DNA of 26,809 nt from Candidatus Hermodarchaeota archaeon (GTDB lineage: Archaea; Asgardarchaeota; Thorarchaeia; Thorarchaeales; Thorarchaeaceae). How positions within the stretch are numbered: the first letter of the stretch is position 1; the number at the start of each line of letters is the position of its first letter. The position numbers and the translations under genes are program-made. Under the pieces are notes generated by a model that had not been told where the DNA came from, searched no databases, and saw only the letters and a list, made by a program, of their open reading frames with translations. Location: the NCBI GenBank assembly GCA_048885865.1, contig JBHLLF010000034.1:1-26809 (forward strand), written 5' to 3'. Of the stretch, positions 25,156 through 26,809 are shown in pieces.

Positions 25156-26809
25156 TCAGATACTCTCGGCTCTCGCTTCTTCCGCATCATATAGGCTCGA
25201 TTTAAAATGCCCCAGCGACTCATCAGATTTGGATCTTGCCACCCTCCTCTTCCTTAGATTAAATCCATAGACCAACGACAGTAATGGCCCAAACCATGCG
25301 AACAATATTAGCACCCCTGCAAATGAGATAGTGACTAGTGGCTCAGAATCATAGCTGTAATCGCCAGCTACTGGACTTTCAAATGAACGCGAGTGTTCTC
25401 TCGGATGGTTCGTAGGACCCGAATAACTCACCAAATTCGTAGGACTCACCATAGCTGACAATCCATCAGGCCCTTCAGAAGCCGCTGAGTTTTCCATGAC
25501 ATAGACATTCACTTCGATGAGGTCACAACACTGGAGATTAATCTGCATGATCATGCATAGCATAATTCCTGATTGTTCGCTTCCATCCAGGAATAGTGAC
25601 AATGGAATCTCTATGTGAAGCTCATATTCGCCTACTGCCAGGTCGTCAAAGATATAGTATCCTGAGTCGTCGGTTGTATGGGATCCAATGCAGCTTCCCC
25701 TTGAGTTAAAGAGACTGAAGGTAATTCCTGCTATTGGAGTACCTTCAGAGGTTTGATCCAGGACTAAGCCATGTATAGCAGAGCCCCAGACCTGGTTCAA
25801 CTCTATGTGTGCCTCCAATGATGCGTCACTGGCTGTCCCATCCACATCCATCAGGAACTCGTATACGTTTCCAGCAAAGGCTTCCGCCTCTTCAAAAGTG
25901 TATATTTCACCCTTCAACGCGAACGGTGTGTGGATGGTAATCAGTACATCGTCGCACACATCTACTTCTGATACGATGATTTCACAGGTGGTTGGATCCA
26001 TCGTGATTCTCTCGGTGATGTCAGCCAATTCTATCCAGTAGTCAATCTCTCCATCTTCATCAAAATCTGTCCACAAGTATGCGTGAATTTGCGTAGCTCC
26101 ATTCGTTTCAAACTCAGGAGGCAGTTCATAGGTTATCGTTTCACTACCGGTGAAAACATGGTATAGGAGATTGAGATAGAATCCTCCTGGGTTTGTTGCT
26201 GATAGCTTGTAACGCATCCCACACGGCCAATCTGGAGTGAAGACAATCTTGAAGCCAGTTATTGTGATGCGTTGGTCGCTTGAGTCAGACATCCATGTTT
26301 CTACAGATTTGCGCCAAAGCTTTTCATGTGGTTCTGTCTGGTCCGAGTTCCGTGCCTCATCAAAAGCTGTGACATATACAGTAAGGGTCGTACCTGCAGG
26401 TTGACCTGGTATTACTGCCATCCATAGTCCATCAAGTTCATCATAGATCATGTCAACAGTGATTGAACCATAGGTCAAGGTAACCTCTGTCACTCCGACA
26501 TTATCAGTTACTAAGGCTGTGACAATCACATCCTGTCCCTGAACTGGAGATACGGGGCTCTGAGTCACCTCCACTATCACCGGGGCCTCAGTGTCAGCCC
26601 AGTGCTTGTAGTCATGCTCACTCTCAACAGAGTTACCTGCAGCATCATACGCTGTCACATATACCTCGAGGGTTGTACAAGCTGGCTGACCTGGGATCGT
26701 CCCCTTCCACAGACCATCAGTGTCGTCATATTCCATCTCATCTGTGGTGTCACCATAGGTCAGTGTGACCCGTACCACTCCGACATTGTCAGTCACTTGG
26801 GCTGTGACT
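25156..26809 (-). CDS. Cell-surface protein, 3' part (5' end outside the window): tandem 95-aa Ig-like repeats, DxDxDG loop, Cna-B/SdrD-B-like domain, C-terminal TM
   Basis: The frame stays open to the right edge (VTAQVTDNVGV...). Two copies of VTAxVTDNVGVxxVTLTYG...DGLWxxxIPGQPAxTTLxVYVTAxDxAxN, 285 nt apart. DFDEDGEID; IHGLVLD...TTDDSGYYIFDDLAVGEY; TM followed by RKRR. Confidence 0.88.
   Translation of the reverse strand, partial: VTAQVTDNVGVVRVTLTYGDTTDEMEYDDTDGLWKGTIPGQPACTTLEVYVTAYDAAGNSVESEHDYKHWADTEAPVIVEVTQSPVSPVQGQDVIVTALVTDNVGVTEVTLTYGSITVDMIYDELDGLWMAVIPGQPAGTTLTVYVTAFDEARNSDQTEPHEKLWRKSVETWMSDSSDQRITITGFKIVFTPDWPCGMRYKLSATNPGGFYLNLLYHVFTGSETITYELPPEFETNGATQIHAYLWTDFDEDGEIDYWIELADITERITMDPTTCEIIVSEVDVCDDVLITIHTPFALKGEIYTFEEAEAFAGNVYEFLMDVDGTASDASLEAHIELNQVWGSAIHGLVLDQTSEGTPIAGITFSLFNSRGSCIGSHTTDDSGYYIFDDLAVGEYELHIEIPLSLFLDGSEQSGIMLCMIMQINLQCCDLIEVNVYVMENSAASEGPDGLSAMVSPTNLVSYSGPTNHPREHSRSFESPVAGDYSYDSEPLVTISFAGVLILFAWFGPLLSLVYGFNLRKRRVARSKSDESLGHFKSSLYDAEEARAESI

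Noticed and set aside
12262-25270. Remaining short antisense or overlapping ORFs across the membrane protein gene, the operon and the C25 gene
   Set aside because: They overlap well-supported genes and show no motifs or independent translation signals.

Overview
The window is probably archaeal. GGAGG/GGTGA ribosome-binding sites, TATA-like boxes, a TM-anchored solute-binding protein with no lipobox, and sequon-rich surface proteins support this. The style suggests Asgard/Thorarchaeota-like, but that is inference only. The main feature is missing from the ORF track: a minus-strand ORF from ATG 12006 that runs off the left edge with no stop (>=4002 aa). It encodes a secreted giant surface protein with hierarchical repeats. 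I count 29 'WD'-delimited units of ~80-103 aa in several subtypes, three ~250-aa node modules, and an apparently nested (A-A-X-B-B) N-terminal head. To its right are a ~11-12-TM membrane protein of unknown function and a divergent operon. The operon has a Liv/HAAT-type ABC importer (SBP, two permeases, two ATPases), a 13-repeat HEAT protein and an acyl-CoA ligase. Then come a membrane-anchored gingipain-like (C25) cysteine peptidase with Ig-like domains and the 3' part of another repeat-containing surface protein. The intergenic regions hold terminator hairpins, a multi-hairpin leader before the giant gene, palindromic operator candidates and a structured repeat region at ~24.8-25.0 kb. I see no mobile element, CRISPR array, rRNA or tRNA.
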